Positions 1-10,301 of a stretch of DNA of 64,000 bases are shown here, piece after piece. The first letter of the stretch is position 1; every line of letters begins with the position of its first letter. The stretch covers positions 34,991 through 98,990 of the forward strand of contig CACJEN010000004.1 of the NCBI GenBank assembly GCA_902592445.1. The letters are read 5' to 3'. Source of the stretch: an uncultured Pelagibacteraceae bacterium (GTDB lineage: Bacteria; Pseudomonadota; Alphaproteobacteria; Pelagibacterales; Pelagibacteraceae). The notes under the pieces are model-generated. The model was not told the origin of the DNA, ran no database searches, and saw only the letters and a list, made by a program, of their open reading frames with translations. The position numbers and the translations under genes are program-made.

Positions 1-2
1 GT

Positions 3-1382
3 GATATTATAATAGAGTCGGCAATTTCGACTATATGTGATCATGAAGATAGTGTTGCTGCAGTTGATGCAGAAGATAAGGTTGCATGTTACAGAAATTG
101 GTTAGGATTAATGAAGGGAGATTTAGTTTCAATTTTTGAAAAACAAGGAAAACAATTAAAAAGAAAACTAAACCCAGATAGAAGTTATATATCTAACTCA
201 GGAAAAAATATGAAACTTCATGGAAGAAGTTTGTTATTGGTTCGAAATGTTGGACACCTAATGACTAATCCGTCAATTATATTAAATGATGGATCTGAAG
301 TTCCTGAAGGAATTTTAGATGCATTTATTACATCAGCAGCTTGCCTTCATGATTTAAAACTTAAAGGCAACTCTAGATCAGGTTCAATTTATATAGTTAA
401 ACCTAAAATGCATGGACCAGATGAAACAGCATTTACTGATATTATTTTTGGAAAAGTTGAAGAGGTTTTAGAATTAGAGAAGAATACGATTAAATGTGGA
501 ATTATGGATGAGGAAAGAAGAACCTCTGCAAATTTAAAAGAGTGTATCAGAACCTTAAAACATAGAGTTTTTTTTATCAATACTGGATTTTTAGATCGCA
601 CAGGCGATGAAATGCATACCTCGATGGAAGCAGGTCCAATGATTAAAAAAGGAGATATGAAAAAGTCAAAATGGATTGAAGCCTATGAAAATAATAATGT
701 CGATATTGGCTTAAAATGTGGTTTTTCTGGTGTAGCTCAAATCGGTAAAGGAATGTGGGCAATGCCTGATAAAATGAAAGATATGATGGAGCAAAAAATT
801 GGCCATTTAAATTCTGGTGCTAATTGTGCATGGGTGCCATCACCTACAGCTGCAGCATTGCATGCTTTACATTATCATGAAATTGATATTTTCAAAAAAC
901 ATGAAGAGCTAAAATCAAGATCATCAGCAAAATTAGACGATCTTTTAAATATACCAATAGCTGATAGGCCAAACTGGTCTGTTGAAGAAATAGAAAATGA
1001 GATATCAAACTCAGCTCAAACAATCTTAGGTTATGTAGTGAGATGGGTAGATCAAGGTGTAGGCTGTTCAAAAGTTCCAGATATAAACAATGTAGGTTTA
1101 ATGGAGGATAGAGCAACTTTAAGAATATCTTCACAACATATCGCAAATTGGTTGCACCATGGATATTGTTCAAACAAACAAGTGCTTGAAATCATGAAGA
1201 AAATGGCCAAGGTAGTTGATGATCAAAACAAAAGTGATCCAAACTATGAAAATATGTCCCCAAAGTATTATAAATCGATTGCATTTAAAGCCGCTTGTGA
1301 ACTTATCTTTCATGGTAAATCACAACCATCTGGTTATACGGAACCTCTTCTGCATTTGAACAGAATTATCAAGAAAAATTAA
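3..1382 (+). CDS. glcB: Malate synthase G, 5'-truncated by the window edge
   Basis: Frame is open from base 3 ([26 protein letters not shown]); motifs [38 protein letters not shown]. Confidence 0.97.
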   Translation, partial: DIIIESAISTICDHEDSVAAVDAEDKVACYRNWLGLMKGDLVSIFEKQGKQLKRKLNPDRSYISNSGKNMKLHGRSLLLVRNVGHLMTNPSIILNDGSEVPEGILDAFITSAACLHDLKLKGNSRSGSIYIVKPKMHGPDETAFTDIIFGKVEEVLELEKNTIKCGIMDEERRTSANLKECIRTLKHRVFFINTGFLDRTGDEMHTSMEAGPMIKKGDMKKSKWIEAYENNNVDIGLKCGFSGVAQIGKGMWAMPDKMKDMMEQKIGHLNSGANCAWVPSPTAAALHALHYHEIDIFKKHEELKSRSSAKLDDLLNIPIADRPNWSVEEIENEISNSAQTILGYVVRWVDQGVGCSKVPDINNVGLMEDRATLRISSQHIANWLHHGYCSNKQVLEIMKKMAKVVDDQNKSDPNYENMSPKYYKSIAFKAACELIFHGKSQPSGYTEPLLHLNRIIKKN

Positions 1383-1383
1383 A

Positions 1384-1989
1384 TTATTGTCCTAAATTTT
1401 TGCGATTTTTAAACGCTGAAACTAGCGTTCCGTCATCTAGATTTTCAATTTCACCTCCAACAGGCAAACCTTGGGCAAGTTTAGAAATTTTTACATTAAT
1501 ATTTCTCAGGCTATCCTGTATATAAAAGGCTGTCGTTTGACCCTCTACAGTAGCTGATGTTGCTAAAATTATTTCATCAATATTATTTTTTTTTACTCTT
1601 TGAACTAATGAATCTATTAATAAATCCTCTTTTCTTTGATTAGTTGAGTTGTCAATAGTACCTCCTAAAATGTGGAAGTATCCTTGAAAGATACTAGAAC
1701 TTTCAATTGCCCATTGATCTGCAATATTTTCTACGACACAAATTTTATTATAATTTTTATTTGTATTTTCACAATTTTCACACTCTGATGAACTTGATCT
1801 TAAAGCGCCACATGTTTTGCATCTGATTATTTTTTTATAAACTTCATTTAAAGATGAGGCCAGAGGTTTTAAAATTTCCTGTCTATTATTTATTAACTTG
1901 AGAATTATTCTCTTAGCTGATTTTGGACCAAGTCCAGGTAGTTTAGAAATTAATTTGATAAGTGTTTCAATCTCAGAAATATTTTGCAT
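1384..1989 (-). CDS. recR: Recombination mediator RecR
   Basis: LPGLGPKSAKR HhH motif, C4 zinc finger, Toprim ATVEGQTTA; start trimmed to the ATG at 1989; dnaX-ybaB-recR order. Confidence 0.96.
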   Translation of the reverse strand: MQNISEIETLIKLISKLPGLGPKSAKRIILKLINNRQEILKPLASSLNEVYKKIIRCKTCGALRSSSSECENCENTNKNYNKICVVENIADQWAIESSSIFQGYFHILGGTIDNSTNQRKEDLLIDSLVQRVKKNNIDEIILATSATVEGQTTAFYIQDSLRNINVKISKLAQGLPVGGEIENLDDGTLVSAFKNRKNLGQ

Positions 1990-1996
1990 TAATTTT

Positions 1997-2314
1997 TTAA
2001 AGTGGCCATTTAAATCCAGGTATTCCAAATCCACCTGTTGCTTTTGATATCTCCTCAGAAGTTTTGGATTTCAGCTGGGATTTTGCATTATTATGTGCAG
2101 CTGTAATAAGATCTTGAATTATACCCTTTTCTTCCTTTAAAATTTCGTCACCTATTTCAATATTTGTCATTTCGCCATCACCGTTAAGTGTAACTTTTAT
2201 TGCATCTCCACCAGAACTCCCTACTACCTCAATTTGTTTTATTTTTTCTTGGCTTTCTTTCATTTTCGCCTCAAGCTCTTTAGCTTTATCCAAAATCTTA
2301 CTAAAATCAGTCAT
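1997..2314 (-). CDS. ybaB: YbaB/EbfC nucleoid-associated protein
   Basis: GSSGGDAIKVTLNG and DLITAAHNNA motifs; lies between dnaX and recR. Confidence 0.95.
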   Translation of the reverse strand: MTDFSKILDKAKELEAKMKESQEKIKQIEVVGSSGGDAIKVTLNGDGEMTNIEIGDEILKEEKGIIQDLITAAHNNAKSQLKSKTSEEISKATGGFGIPGFKWPL

Positions 2315-3944
2315 TACTCTCCTTATCTATTTTTTTTACTTCAATCAATTCAGCGTCAGGTAAAATTTCTAAAACTTTTTTATAAATATTACTTTTTTTA
2401 ACTTCATCAAAAATTTGCCTCTGGTTTATTTGGTCTTTTTCTTTCATGGAAATTTCTCCTTTTTTTTGAGAAAGAGTTATTATCCACCTATTACCTGTCC
2501 ATTCAAAAAGTTTATTTGACAATTCTTTAATAAAATCTTTGTCTAAGTTATCATTAAAAGATATTTCCATTCTGCAATTCTCAAAGGATACAAGATTAAT
2601 ATTGGTTTCAAGCTCATATTTTAATTTAATTTCTTTTTGTTTATTACATAAATTAATTAACTCTTGAAACGAACTAATTTCAGTTTTTTTTTTATTCAAT
2701 TCTAATTTTGGATCTATTTTATCTTCTTGTGATACATTTTTAATCTGATTTACTGTTTCAACTGTTTTGTCTATTTTTACAGTTTCTTTATCAATTGGGG
2801 AAACTAATGGTTCATTGTTTATACCTTCTTTAATTTTGGAGCCTTTCAGATAAATTAATCTTATTAAAAACATCTCAACAGATAAACTTGGATTAGATAC
2901 AATTTCTAATTCATCGATAGTTTTGATTGTAAATTGCCAAAATAAAATTATTTCTTGTGGATCTGTTTTTTTAGCTATCTCTAAAATTTTTTTAAACTCA
3001 CCATCATTTAGATTAAAAACTTTACCCTCAAGCCTTATAGAATTTATATTTTTTATATAATAAAGTACTTCAAGAAAATCATTTAAAAATGATTTTGGTT
3101 CAATCCCTGCATCAAATAATTTTCTGTAATGTTTAATTACATTTTTTTCATCACCTTTAAATAAATACTCAATTAATTCTATTAAGAAACTTTTATCAAA
3201 ATATCCAAAAATTTTCTGAGCATTTTCTAAAGTAAATTCATTACCATCGATAATACTCATCAGTCCACGATCTAACAATGAAAGAGAATCTCTAACAGAT
3301 CCTTCAGAAATTTTTACAATAAGTTTTAATGCTTCGTCTGAAATGAGTCCTTTTTCTTTTTGTGCTATATCTTTTAAAAAATTAAATAATTGATCAGACT
3401 TTATTCTCGACAAATCATATCTCTGACATCTTGAAACTACAGTCACTGGTATTTTTTTTATCTCAGTTGTGGCAAAAATAAATTTCAAGTAACCTGGAGG
3501 TTCTTCAAGTGTTTTCAACAAAGCATTAAATGCCTGTTTGCTAAGCATGTGAACTTCGTCAATTATAAAAATTTTATATTTTGCAGATGTTGGGCCATAT
3601 CTAGAAAATTCGATTAAATCTCTTACATCGTCTACACCTGTTTTGCTAGCTGCATCCATTTCTAAAACATCAATATGATTTGAATTGATTATAGAGCTGC
3701 AATTTTCACAAAATATTTCCTTACAAAGATTGTCTATTCCATTTTTACAATTAAGTGCTTTGGCTATGATTCTTGCAATAGTAGTTTTACCTACTCCTCT
3801 GATACCGGTAAAAAGATAAGCATTTGGTGTTTTTTCAGATTTAATTCCATTGACAATAGTTTCAATTAAAACTTCTTGTCCAATTAAATCTTCAGGTACC
3901 TGAGGTCTATATTTTAAAGCTAATACTTTTGAATTATTTGTCAT
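2307..3944 (-). CDS. dnaX: DNA polymerase III subunit gamma/tau
   Basis: LALKYRPQ, Walker A GIRGVGKTT, IIDEVHMLS, SRC motif; start trimmed to the ATG at 3944. Confidence 0.97.
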   Translation of the reverse strand: MTNNSKVLALKYRPQVPEDLIGQEVLIETIVNGIKSEKTPNAYLFTGIRGVGKTTIARIIAKALNCKNGIDNLCKEIFCENCSSIINSNHIDVLEMDAASKTGVDDVRDLIEFSRYGPTSAKYKIFIIDEVHMLSKQAFNALLKTLEEPPGYLKFIFATTEIKKIPVTVVSRCQRYDLSRIKSDQLFNFLKDIAQKEKGLISDEALKLIVKISEGSVRDSLSLLDRGLMSIIDGNEFTLENAQKIFGYFDKSFLIELIEYLFKGDEKNVIKHYRKLFDAGIEPKSFLNDFLEVLYYIKNINSIRLEGKVFNLNDGEFKKILEIAKKTDPQEIILFWQFTIKTIDELEIVSNPSLSVEMFLIRLIYLKGSKIKEGINNEPLVSPIDKETVKIDKTVETVNQIKNVSQEDKIDPKLELNKKKTEISSFQELINLCNKQKEIKLKYELETNINLVSFENCRMEISFNDNLDKDFIKELSNKLFEWTGNRWIITLSQKKGEISMKEKDQINQRQIFDEVKKSNIYKKVLEILPDAELIEVKKIDKESND

Positions 3945-3951
3945 TAATAAA

Positions 3952-4040
3952 AGGAGACCAACCAACCTGGAAAATACTCACTACCCTTGCTCTTTTTCAA
4001 GCCTGGGGGAGTTCATGGTAACTCCACCTGATTGGCCCCC
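3952..4040 (-). ncRNA. ffs: Signal recognition particle 4.5S RNA
   Basis: GC-rich long hairpin; minus strand reads CCAGG-CTT-GAAA-AAG-AGCA (domain IV with GNRA loop); 5' GGGGGCCAATC pairs with 3' GGTTGGTCTCC; position upstream of dnaX is typical. Confidence 0.9.
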
Positions 4041-4046
4041 AAAACT

Positions 4047-4076
4047 ATTATACCAATAATTTTTTCTATTCTACAA
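4047..4076 (-). promoter_or_regulatory. Sigma70-type promoter of ffs/dnaX
   Basis: Minus strand TTGTAG-N18-TATAAT with an extended -10 (TGG TATAAT), 6 nt before the SRP RNA 5' end. Confidence 0.65.
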
Positions 4077-4088
4077 TAAAGTTGAGAC

Positions 4089-4916
4089 TTATTTTTTTCT
4101 AATTTTATCAGCTTTATAAACACCTAGAACGTGCATATCTTCACAATGTAATCCTAATTCTTTTAATGAGGTTTTAATTTTATCATCCTCTATATGACCC
4201 TCAATATCACAAAGAAAAAAAAATGAGGAAAAAGAATTCTTTTCAGGAAAACTTTGTAATTTGGTTAAATTAACCCCATTTAAAGCGAAACCTGAGAGTG
4301 CAGAATATAATGCAGCAGGTTTACTTTTAAGTTTAAATAAAAATGATGTTAAAAAGTCTCCTTTATTAAATTCTGGCTGGTAGATATCTTTTCCCATTAG
4401 TAAAAATCTCGTTACATTATTTTTATCATCTTGAATATTTTTTTCTAATATTTCTAAATTATAAATTTCAGCACTTAGAAGAGAAGCAATTGCAGATTTA
4501 GTTTTATCTTTATCTTCTGAAATAAACTTAGCAGATCCAGCTGTATCAGCTCGAACATTTTCATTTAAATTATGCTTTCTAATAAAGTTTGAAGATTGAC
4601 TCAATGCTTGCGCATGTGAATATACATTTTTAATGTCATTTATTTTAGATCCTTTTAAACCAAGTAAATTGTGTTTAATTGGAAAAAAATGCTCCTCATA
4701 GATATTTAACCTATATTTGAATATTAAATACTCAACACCTATGTTGCCTGTGGTTTTATTTGATTCTGGTATAATAGCTTTAATTTCACTATTCTCACTA
4801 GATTTTTCAAAGCACTCATCAAATGTTTTGCAAGAAATAGTTTCACAATCTGGATACATTTGTTTTGCACAACTTTCACTATAACTTCCGGGTATTCCTT
4901 GATAAGCAATTTTCAT
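4089..4916 (-). CDS. pheA: Prephenate dehydratase
   Basis: IAYQGIPGSYSE, SHAQALSQ, NVTRF, C-terminal ACT domain (NLTKLQSFP). Confidence 0.95.
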   Translation of the reverse strand: MKIAYQGIPGSYSESCAKQMYPDCETISCKTFDECFEKSSENSEIKAIIPESNKTTGNIGVEYLIFKYRLNIYEEHFFPIKHNLLGLKGSKINDIKNVYSHAQALSQSSNFIRKHNLNENVRADTAGSAKFISEDKDKTKSAIASLLSAEIYNLEILEKNIQDDKNNVTRFLLMGKDIYQPEFNKGDFLTSFLFKLKSKPAALYSALSGFALNGVNLTKLQSFPEKNSFSSFFFLCDIEGHIEDDKIKTSLKELGLHCEDMHVLGVYKADKIRKK

Positions 4917-4919
4917 ATT

Positions 4920-5669
4920 CTATTTCTTATATTCCATTAAATTTTTTAATTCTACATAATCCTCTTCTGTATCAACTCCGATTGGTGTTGTTTTTGCATA
5001 AGTAACATCAATACTTATGCCATTCTCTAAAGCTCTTAATTGTTCAAGTTTCTTAACTTTTTCATTCTCAGTTTGATTTAAGTTAATAAATTTTTTAAGA
5101 ATAGATTTTTTGTAAATATAAATACCTATGTGTTGGTATATATAATTATTTGTTTTAGCGTCAATAATTCTCTCAAACTTTACCGCCTTAGAAATACTTG
5201 TTTGTTGCAAATTATCTTGTGTCACAACTTTAACTATGTTTGCGTTGGTATATTTATCTTGATTAGATTTATCTATTTTACATGCTAAAGTTGCTAGATC
5301 AGAATTATTATTAATTGCTTTATCACTTAAATTCTTGATATCAGAGATATCAATTAGCGGCTCATCTCCCTGCAAATTAATTATATAATCTACTTCATTT
5401 TCTAATTTAATTTTATCTAGGGCCTCAGCAATTCTATCTGTGCCAGTATTATGATGTTTGCTTGTAAGTATTGATTTTCCACCATTTTTTTGAACTTCAC
5501 TTACGATTTCGTCATCACAAGTAGTTACAAAAACATCTCCAATTCCACACTCAATTGCCTTTTCATAAACATGCATAATTATCGATTTATTGTTAATTTT
5601 TAAAAGAGGTTTGTTTGGTAGTCTTTTAGCTGCGAGCCGAGAGGGAATTAAAATTATACTTTTTGTCAT
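4920..5669 (-). CDS. kdsB: 3-deoxy-manno-octulosonate cytidylyltransferase
   Basis: IPSRLAAKRLPNKPL, TGTDRIAE, NLQGDEP, LEQLRALENG. Confidence 0.96.
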   Translation of the reverse strand: MTKSIILIPSRLAAKRLPNKPLLKINNKSIIMHVYEKAIECGIGDVFVTTCDDEIVSEVQKNGGKSILTSKHHNTGTDRIAEALDKIKLENEVDYIINLQGDEPLIDISDIKNLSDKAINNNSDLATLACKIDKSNQDKYTNANIVKVVTQDNLQQTSISKAVKFERIIDAKTNNYIYQHIGIYIYKKSILKKFINLNQTENEKVKKLEQLRALENGISIDVTYAKTTPIGVDTEEDYVELKNLMEYKK

Positions 5670-5684
5670 AAATTCTAAGTATTA

Positions 5685-5701
5685 TGCGTCTTTCAGACGC
5701 A
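5685..5701. promoter_or_regulatory. Palindrome resembling a RegA/RegR/PrrA binding box
   Basis: TGCGTCT-TTC-AGACGCA fits GCGNC-N5-GNCGC; GC-rich patch in the AT-rich divergent kdsB/cycM spacer. Confidence 0.5.
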
Positions 5702-5767
5702 AAATTAAAAATTAAATTTAGTATTTTTTACGTTTATCATGTTATACGACCATATTAATTAAAAATC

Positions 5768-6307
5768 ATGGACTCATTTGAAGTAAATAAAATTATTGCT
5801 GCAGTATTACTTGTGGCCTTATTAGTTATCGGTATTGGAAAAATATCAGACCTAGTCTTCTTTATAGAAAAGCCAGAGAAAGCTGGTTACAAAGTTGAAT
5901 TACCTGATACGGAAAATAGTTCTCAAAGCGTGAAAGCTGCAGAGGTTGAGGAAGTTGATATTTCAGCTCTTTTAGCGCTTGGTACAGTTGAACATGGAGA
6001 AAAGGCTTTTAAAAAATGCACAGCTTGTCATGTAGTAAATAAAGGTGGTGCAAACAAAATTGGACCGGTACTTTATGGTGTGTTAGGAAGACAAGTTGCA
6101 GCGATCAGTGATTATAAATATTCAAAAGCAATGGCAAGTTACGATAAAAATTGGACATTTGAGGAGATGAATGGTTATTTAAGAAAACCCCAATCTTACA
6201 TTAAAGGAACTAAAATGGCATTTGCGGGCTTAAGAAAAGAAAAAGACAGAGCCTCTGTTATACTTTACTTGAATCAAAATTCTGATAATCCACTTCCATT
6301 ACCTTAA
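5768..6307 (+). CDS. cycM: Membrane-anchored cytochrome c (CycM / cyt cy type)
   Basis: N-terminal TM helix, CTACH heme motif, KIGPVLYGV, GTKMAFAG. Confidence 0.92.
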   Translation: MDSFEVNKIIAAVLLVALLVIGIGKISDLVFFIEKPEKAGYKVELPDTENSSQSVKAAEVEEVDISALLALGTVEHGEKAFKKCTACHVVNKGGANKIGPVLYGVLGRQVAAISDYKYSKAMASYDKNWTFEEMNGYLRKPQSYIKGTKMAFAGLRKEKDRASVILYLNQNSDNPLPLP

Positions 6308-7228
6308 TTTATCAAAACAATATAACAAAATACTTTTTTGAACATGCACTCTATTCGCAGCTTGTTGCCAAACATGAGATTTTTTTCCTAGGAATACTTT
6401 ATTTGTTACTTCATTTCCTCTAGGTAAACAGTGAAGAAAAATTACATTTTTTTTTGCACTATTTAACAATTTTTCATCTATTTTAAATTTTTTAAATTCT
6501 TTAATTTTTTGCTTTATATCCACGCGATCGTTTAGAGAAATTACTTTATCTGAAAAAATTACATCAGCGTTTTTCACTGCTTTTTTTGGGTCATGAAAAA
6601 TATTAATATTACTTTTATTCTTCTTAACCCAATCTAAAATAAACTTTTTAGGTTTATAATTTTTTGGACATCCAACATTTAAATGAAAAGAAAATTTTAT
6701 ACTTGCCGCAATCAAACTATTTAGAACATTATTACAATCGCCTATCCAAGATATATTGAGTTTTGAAATTGGTTTTTTTTTTATTTCCTCAACTGTAAAA
6801 ACATCTGAGAGGATTTGTGTGGGATGAGATGATGGACTTAGGCCATTAATTACTGGAATATTTGAATATTTACAAAATTCGTCTATTTTATTATCACTAT
6901 CTGTTCTAAGCATAAAGCCATCACCATAAGTAGATAAAATTTTGGCTGTATCTTCAAGACTCTCTCCACCTTTGCCCAAATGAATTTCTTTAGATTTAAG
7001 AGTTAATGTACCACCACCTAATTGTTTTATAGCAAGATAAAAACTTAGCCTTGTTCTAGAACTAGGTTTTTCAAACATTTGTATTAATAACTTTCCACGA
7101 AGCGGTCTATCTTTATCAATATCAAGTGTATTTAAATTTTTTCTTCTATTTTTTCTTTTTTTTGCGTCATCTAAGATTTTTCGAAGGTCTTTTGATGGTA
7201 TATCTTTTATATTTATAAAATGTTTCAT
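6299..7228 (-). CDS. argF: Ornithine carbamoyltransferase
   Basis: FEKPSSRTR, HPTQILSD, FLHCLPR; downstream of argD. Confidence 0.94.
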   Translation of the reverse strand: MKHFINIKDIPSKDLRKILDDAKKRKNRRKNLNTLDIDKDRPLRGKLLIQMFEKPSSRTRLSFYLAIKQLGGGTLTLKSKEIHLGKGGESLEDTAKILSTYGDGFMLRTDSDNKIDEFCKYSNIPVINGLSPSSHPTQILSDVFTVEEIKKKPISKLNISWIGDCNNVLNSLIAASIKFSFHLNVGCPKNYKPKKFILDWVKKNKSNINIFHDPKKAVKNADVIFSDKVISLNDRVDIKQKIKEFKKFKIDEKLLNSAKKNVIFLHCLPRGNEVTNKVFLGKKSHVWQQAANRVHVQKSILLYCFDKLR

Positions 7229-8400
7229 ATTTTATAATTTTTACAAACTTTTCTTATTATTTTTAAAGCAAAGTTGATCTCTGATTTTTTTACATTAAGT
7301 GGAGGCAATATTCTTATTACATTTTCTGCTGCACGTATTGTAAGTAATCTATTTTCCATTAATTGCTGGATAAATTTTGTCTGATCAAAATTTAATTGTA
7401 AACCTATTAGTAAACCTTTTCCTCTTACTTCTTTAATAATTTTAGGAAATTGTTCTTTAATTTTGTTTAATTCTAAATGAAAAAATCCTGATAATTTTTT
7501 AACATTTTGCAGAAATCCCTTTTTTAAAATTTGATCAAGCACTGCATTACCAACTGTCATTGCTAAAGGATTTCCACCAAATGTAGAACCATGAGTTCCA
7601 GGCAACATACCTTTTGCAACTTTTTTTGTCATTAAAACTGCACCAATCGGAAACCCTCCACCAATACCTTTTGCTATAGGTACAATATCAGGTTTTACTT
7701 TAGCAGATTCGTAAGCAAGAAAAGTGCCTGATCTTCCAATACCACACTGAACTTCATCCAAAATAAGCAAAATACCTTTCTTATTGCAAAGTTTTCTTAA
7801 CTCTTTGATACAAAAATCTGGAATAGTCTTGATGCCACCTTCTCCAAGAATTGTTTCAACCATTATAGCTGCTGTATTTTTGTTTATTAGTTTCTTCATT
7901 TTTTTATGATTTCCAAACTCAAAGTGGTCGAAACCAGGAACTTTTGGTCCAAAACCCTCTGTCATTTTTTTTGATCCACTAGCACTTATTGCAGCGATAG
8001 TTCTCCCATGAAATGAATTCTTAATACATATAATTCTACTTTTGTTTGGCTTTCCAATCGAATAAAAATATCTTCTTGCAACTTTTATAGCCGCCTCTGT
8101 TGCTTCTGCACCACTATTCTGAAAGATTACGGCGTCTGCAAATGTATTTTTTGTTAGTCTTTTTGCTAAATTTTCTCCCTCAGGAATTATAAATGCATTA
8201 GATACATGCCAAAGTTTTTTCGCTTGATCTTTTAATTTTCCATACAAATATGGGTTTGCGTGTCCGAGAGAGTTTACAGCTATACCCTGAACAAAGTCTA
8301 AATACTTTTCTCCTTTTGATGAATAAAGAAAACTGCCAATTCCTTTTTTAAAGGATAAATTTCTTCTTTTGTAATTATTTGCTAAGGAGCTTTTACTCAT
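7225..8400 (-). CDS. argD: Acetylornithine aminotransferase
   Basis: NSGAEATE, SFHGRT, DEVQCGIGRSG, AKGIGGG PLP motif. Confidence 0.95.
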   Translation of the reverse strand: MSKSSLANNYKRRNLSFKKGIGSFLYSSKGEKYLDFVQGIAVNSLGHANPYLYGKLKDQAKKLWHVSNAFIIPEGENLAKRLTKNTFADAVIFQNSGAEATEAAIKVARRYFYSIGKPNKSRIICIKNSFHGRTIAAISASGSKKMTEGFGPKVPGFDHFEFGNHKKMKKLINKNTAAIMVETILGEGGIKTIPDFCIKELRKLCNKKGILLILDEVQCGIGRSGTFLAYESAKVKPDIVPIAKGIGGGFPIGAVLMTKKVAKGMLPGTHGSTFGGNPLAMTVGNAVLDQILKKGFLQNVKKLSGFFHLELNKIKEQFPKIIKEVRGKGLLIGLQLNFDQTKFIQQLMENRLLTIRAAENVIRILPPLNVKKSEINFALKIIRKVCKNYKI

Positions 8401-8572
8401 TAATTGTCAATTTGTTTAATTTGGTTTTTTCAAATCGTTATATTGCAACCATAGGTTATTATTAAATAAATTATTAACTTGTTAAAAAAACCAAAATTTG
8501 TCTTGTCTTTTAAATGTATATGTTTCAACATAATGTTATATAAATAATATAAACTACAAAATGTAGTAAAAT

Positions 8573-9064
8573 ATGAGCTGGACAGAGGAAAAAGTTAATA
8601 AATTAAGAGAGTTATGGGGTAAGGGCCAAACTGCAAGTCAGATAGCAGAAATAATTGGTGGTATCAGCAGAAATGCAGTTATTGGTAAAGCTCATAGACT
8701 TAATTTGTCTGCAAAAATAAAAACTAGATCAGCTGTTAATTTGAAAAATTCTCAAAAAAACAATGAGATCAGTGCTGCAAAGAGAGGGAGAAAAAGTAAA
8801 TTTAGATCTTTACTTTTAGACAAAGATTTTGAGCCAGCTAAAAATTTACAACTTGAGGAACTTACAGAAGATACTTGTAAGTATATGGAGGGGCACCCAG
8901 ATGAGAAAAATTCATCTTTTTGTGGAAGAAAAACTGTTGAAAAGTTTTCCTACTGCCCACTTCATTTAATGGTTGTTTTCCAACCAAAAGGTAAAAAGGA
9001 AGATGTTGTTGAAAAAGAAGATGAGGTTCCACAGTTCATAGAAAAAAAAATTAAATCAGCCTAA
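8573..9064 (+). CDS. gcrA: GcrA cell-cycle regulator
   Basis: MSWTEEKV...G.TASQIA...SRNAVIGKAHRLNL and C-terminal C..FCG..YC..H; divergent from argD as in other alphaproteobacteria. Confidence 0.95.
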   Translation: MSWTEEKVNKLRELWGKGQTASQIAEIIGGISRNAVIGKAHRLNLSAKIKTRSAVNLKNSQKNNEISAAKRGRKSKFRSLLLDKDFEPAKNLQLEELTEDTCKYMEGHPDEKNSSFCGRKTVEKFSYCPLHLMVVFQPKGKKEDVVEKEDEVPQFIEKKIKSA

Positions 9065-9339
9065 TTTAAAATTTTTTCTTTAGCCTTCTTAAATTCCTCA
9101 TCTGAAATAACGCCCTGCTCTTTAAGTTTATTTAAATCATTAATTTGGTCAATTAAATTTGAATTAGAGTTTGAGATGTTTGGATTTTGCTCGGTATCAC
9201 TTATAATTTTTTTTTCATCTTCAGATTTATCTTTCAGGTTTTGTTTTGCCTCTATGCCCCTACTGATTGCCTTACCTGAGATTATTATTACCGTAGCAAA
9301 AATAATTATTGCGATACCAAAAACTAAATAGTTTAACAT
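9061..9339 (-). CDS. Small membrane protein with a C-terminal SHOCT domain
   Basis: N-terminal TM helix; L.KLKEQGVISDEEFKKAKEKIL. Confidence 0.85.
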   Translation of the reverse strand: MLNYLVFGIAIIIFATVIIISGKAISRGIEAKQNLKDKSEDEKKIISDTEQNPNISNSNSNLIDQINDLNKLKEQGVISDEEFKKAKEKILN

Positions 9340-10301
9340 TAGGAAATTTCTTGACTATTATTTCTAGTATATTGACCACCAGATCTCCAATTATAACTAT
9401 ACTTTTCTATTTCCTCTTCAAATTTTTTATTTGCATTCAATCCTAAATCGAAGTTGGTTTTATACTTTTTTGAGGGAATATTATCGTATTTTAATAATAA
9501 TAATTGATCTAAGGTCAATAAAGGTTTTGGTAAAATACCCAGAAAAGCCGCTGTAATTTTGGCGACAGGTAAAGGCATCGGTATCAATAAACGTCTTTTT
9601 CGTATTGATTTTAATATTTTCATAAGAATTTCTTTAAATGAAATTTCTTCGGGGCCTACACATTGTATTGTTTCATTTTTAATTTCTCTTGCGATTATTT
9701 GGTAAATTATTTCTGTTAGATCCGAAACATGTATAGGAACAAATTTTGTTCTTCCATTATAATATAATGGCATAATTGGTAATTTAGACAACAAAGACAT
9801 AAAATTAGTTGTAAAATTATCATCAATTCCATAAACGATTGAAGGCTTAAGAATTAGTGAATTTTTAAAATTTTTTCTTACATTGATTTCTCCCATTAAT
9901 TTACTTTTTGCATATTTACTATCTAATGCATTTTCTACTCCCAAAGCTGAAACATGGATAAATTGATCAATTTTTTTTTCTTTTGCAATTTTTGACAAAA
10001 TATTGGGAAAAGTTGAATGTATCTTAATAAATTGATCTCTATTTTTTTCAAATAAAATACCGATTAGGTTAACGCATATCGAGCAACCTTTTAACAAATA
10101 TTTGATTTTTTCCTCATTTAAACTTTCAAGTTCCACCAATTCTAAATATCCTGGATTGGCTTGAGTTTTTAATTTTAAGCCTTTCTGATGAATATTTCTA
10201 GTTACAGCTACTACTTTATAGTTATTTTTTGTTAGTTTACGTATGAGATTTCGGCCTATATTTCCAGTGGCGCCAAAAACTAGAATTTCTTTTGGTTTCA
10301 T
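9339..10301 (-). CDS. Complex I NDUFA9-like NAD(P)-binding atypical SDR
   Basis: VFGATGNIG Rossmann motif, HVSALG, YAKSK; start at MKPKEIL (10301). Confidence 0.88.
   Translation of the reverse strand: MKPKEILVFGATGNIGRNLIRKLTKNNYKVVAVTRNIHQKGLKLKTQANPGYLELVELESLNEEKIKYLLKGCSICVNLIGILFEKNRDQFIKIHSTFPNILSKIAKEKKIDQFIHVSALGVENALDSKYAKSKLMGEINVRKNFKNSLILKPSIVYGIDDNFTTNFMSLLSKLPIMPLYYNGRTKFVPIHVSDLTEIIYQIIAREIKNETIQCVGPEEISFKEILMKILKSIRKRRLLIPMPLPVAKITAAFLGILPKPLLTLDQLLLLKYDNIPSKKYKTNFDLGLNANKKFEEEIEKYSYNWRSGGQYTRNNSQEIS

Noticed and set aside
3893-3906. DnaX RPQVPEDL instead of RPxxFxxL
   Set aside because: A single substitution that cannot be told apart from strain variation or a sequencing error
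3945-3965. Upstream extension of the dnaX ORF
   Set aside because: Overlaps the 3' end of the SRP RNA; the ATG at 3944 fits DnaX N-termini
8462-8485. CtrA box in the argD/gcrA spacer
   Set aside because: TTAA half-sites are spaced by 8 and 4 nt rather than 7, and TTAA is very common at this AT content
8523-8550. dif-like site (TTATGTTGAAA on the minus strand) upstream of gcrA
   Set aside because: Only an XerD-like arm; no XerC arm ending in ATAA at 6-bp spacing
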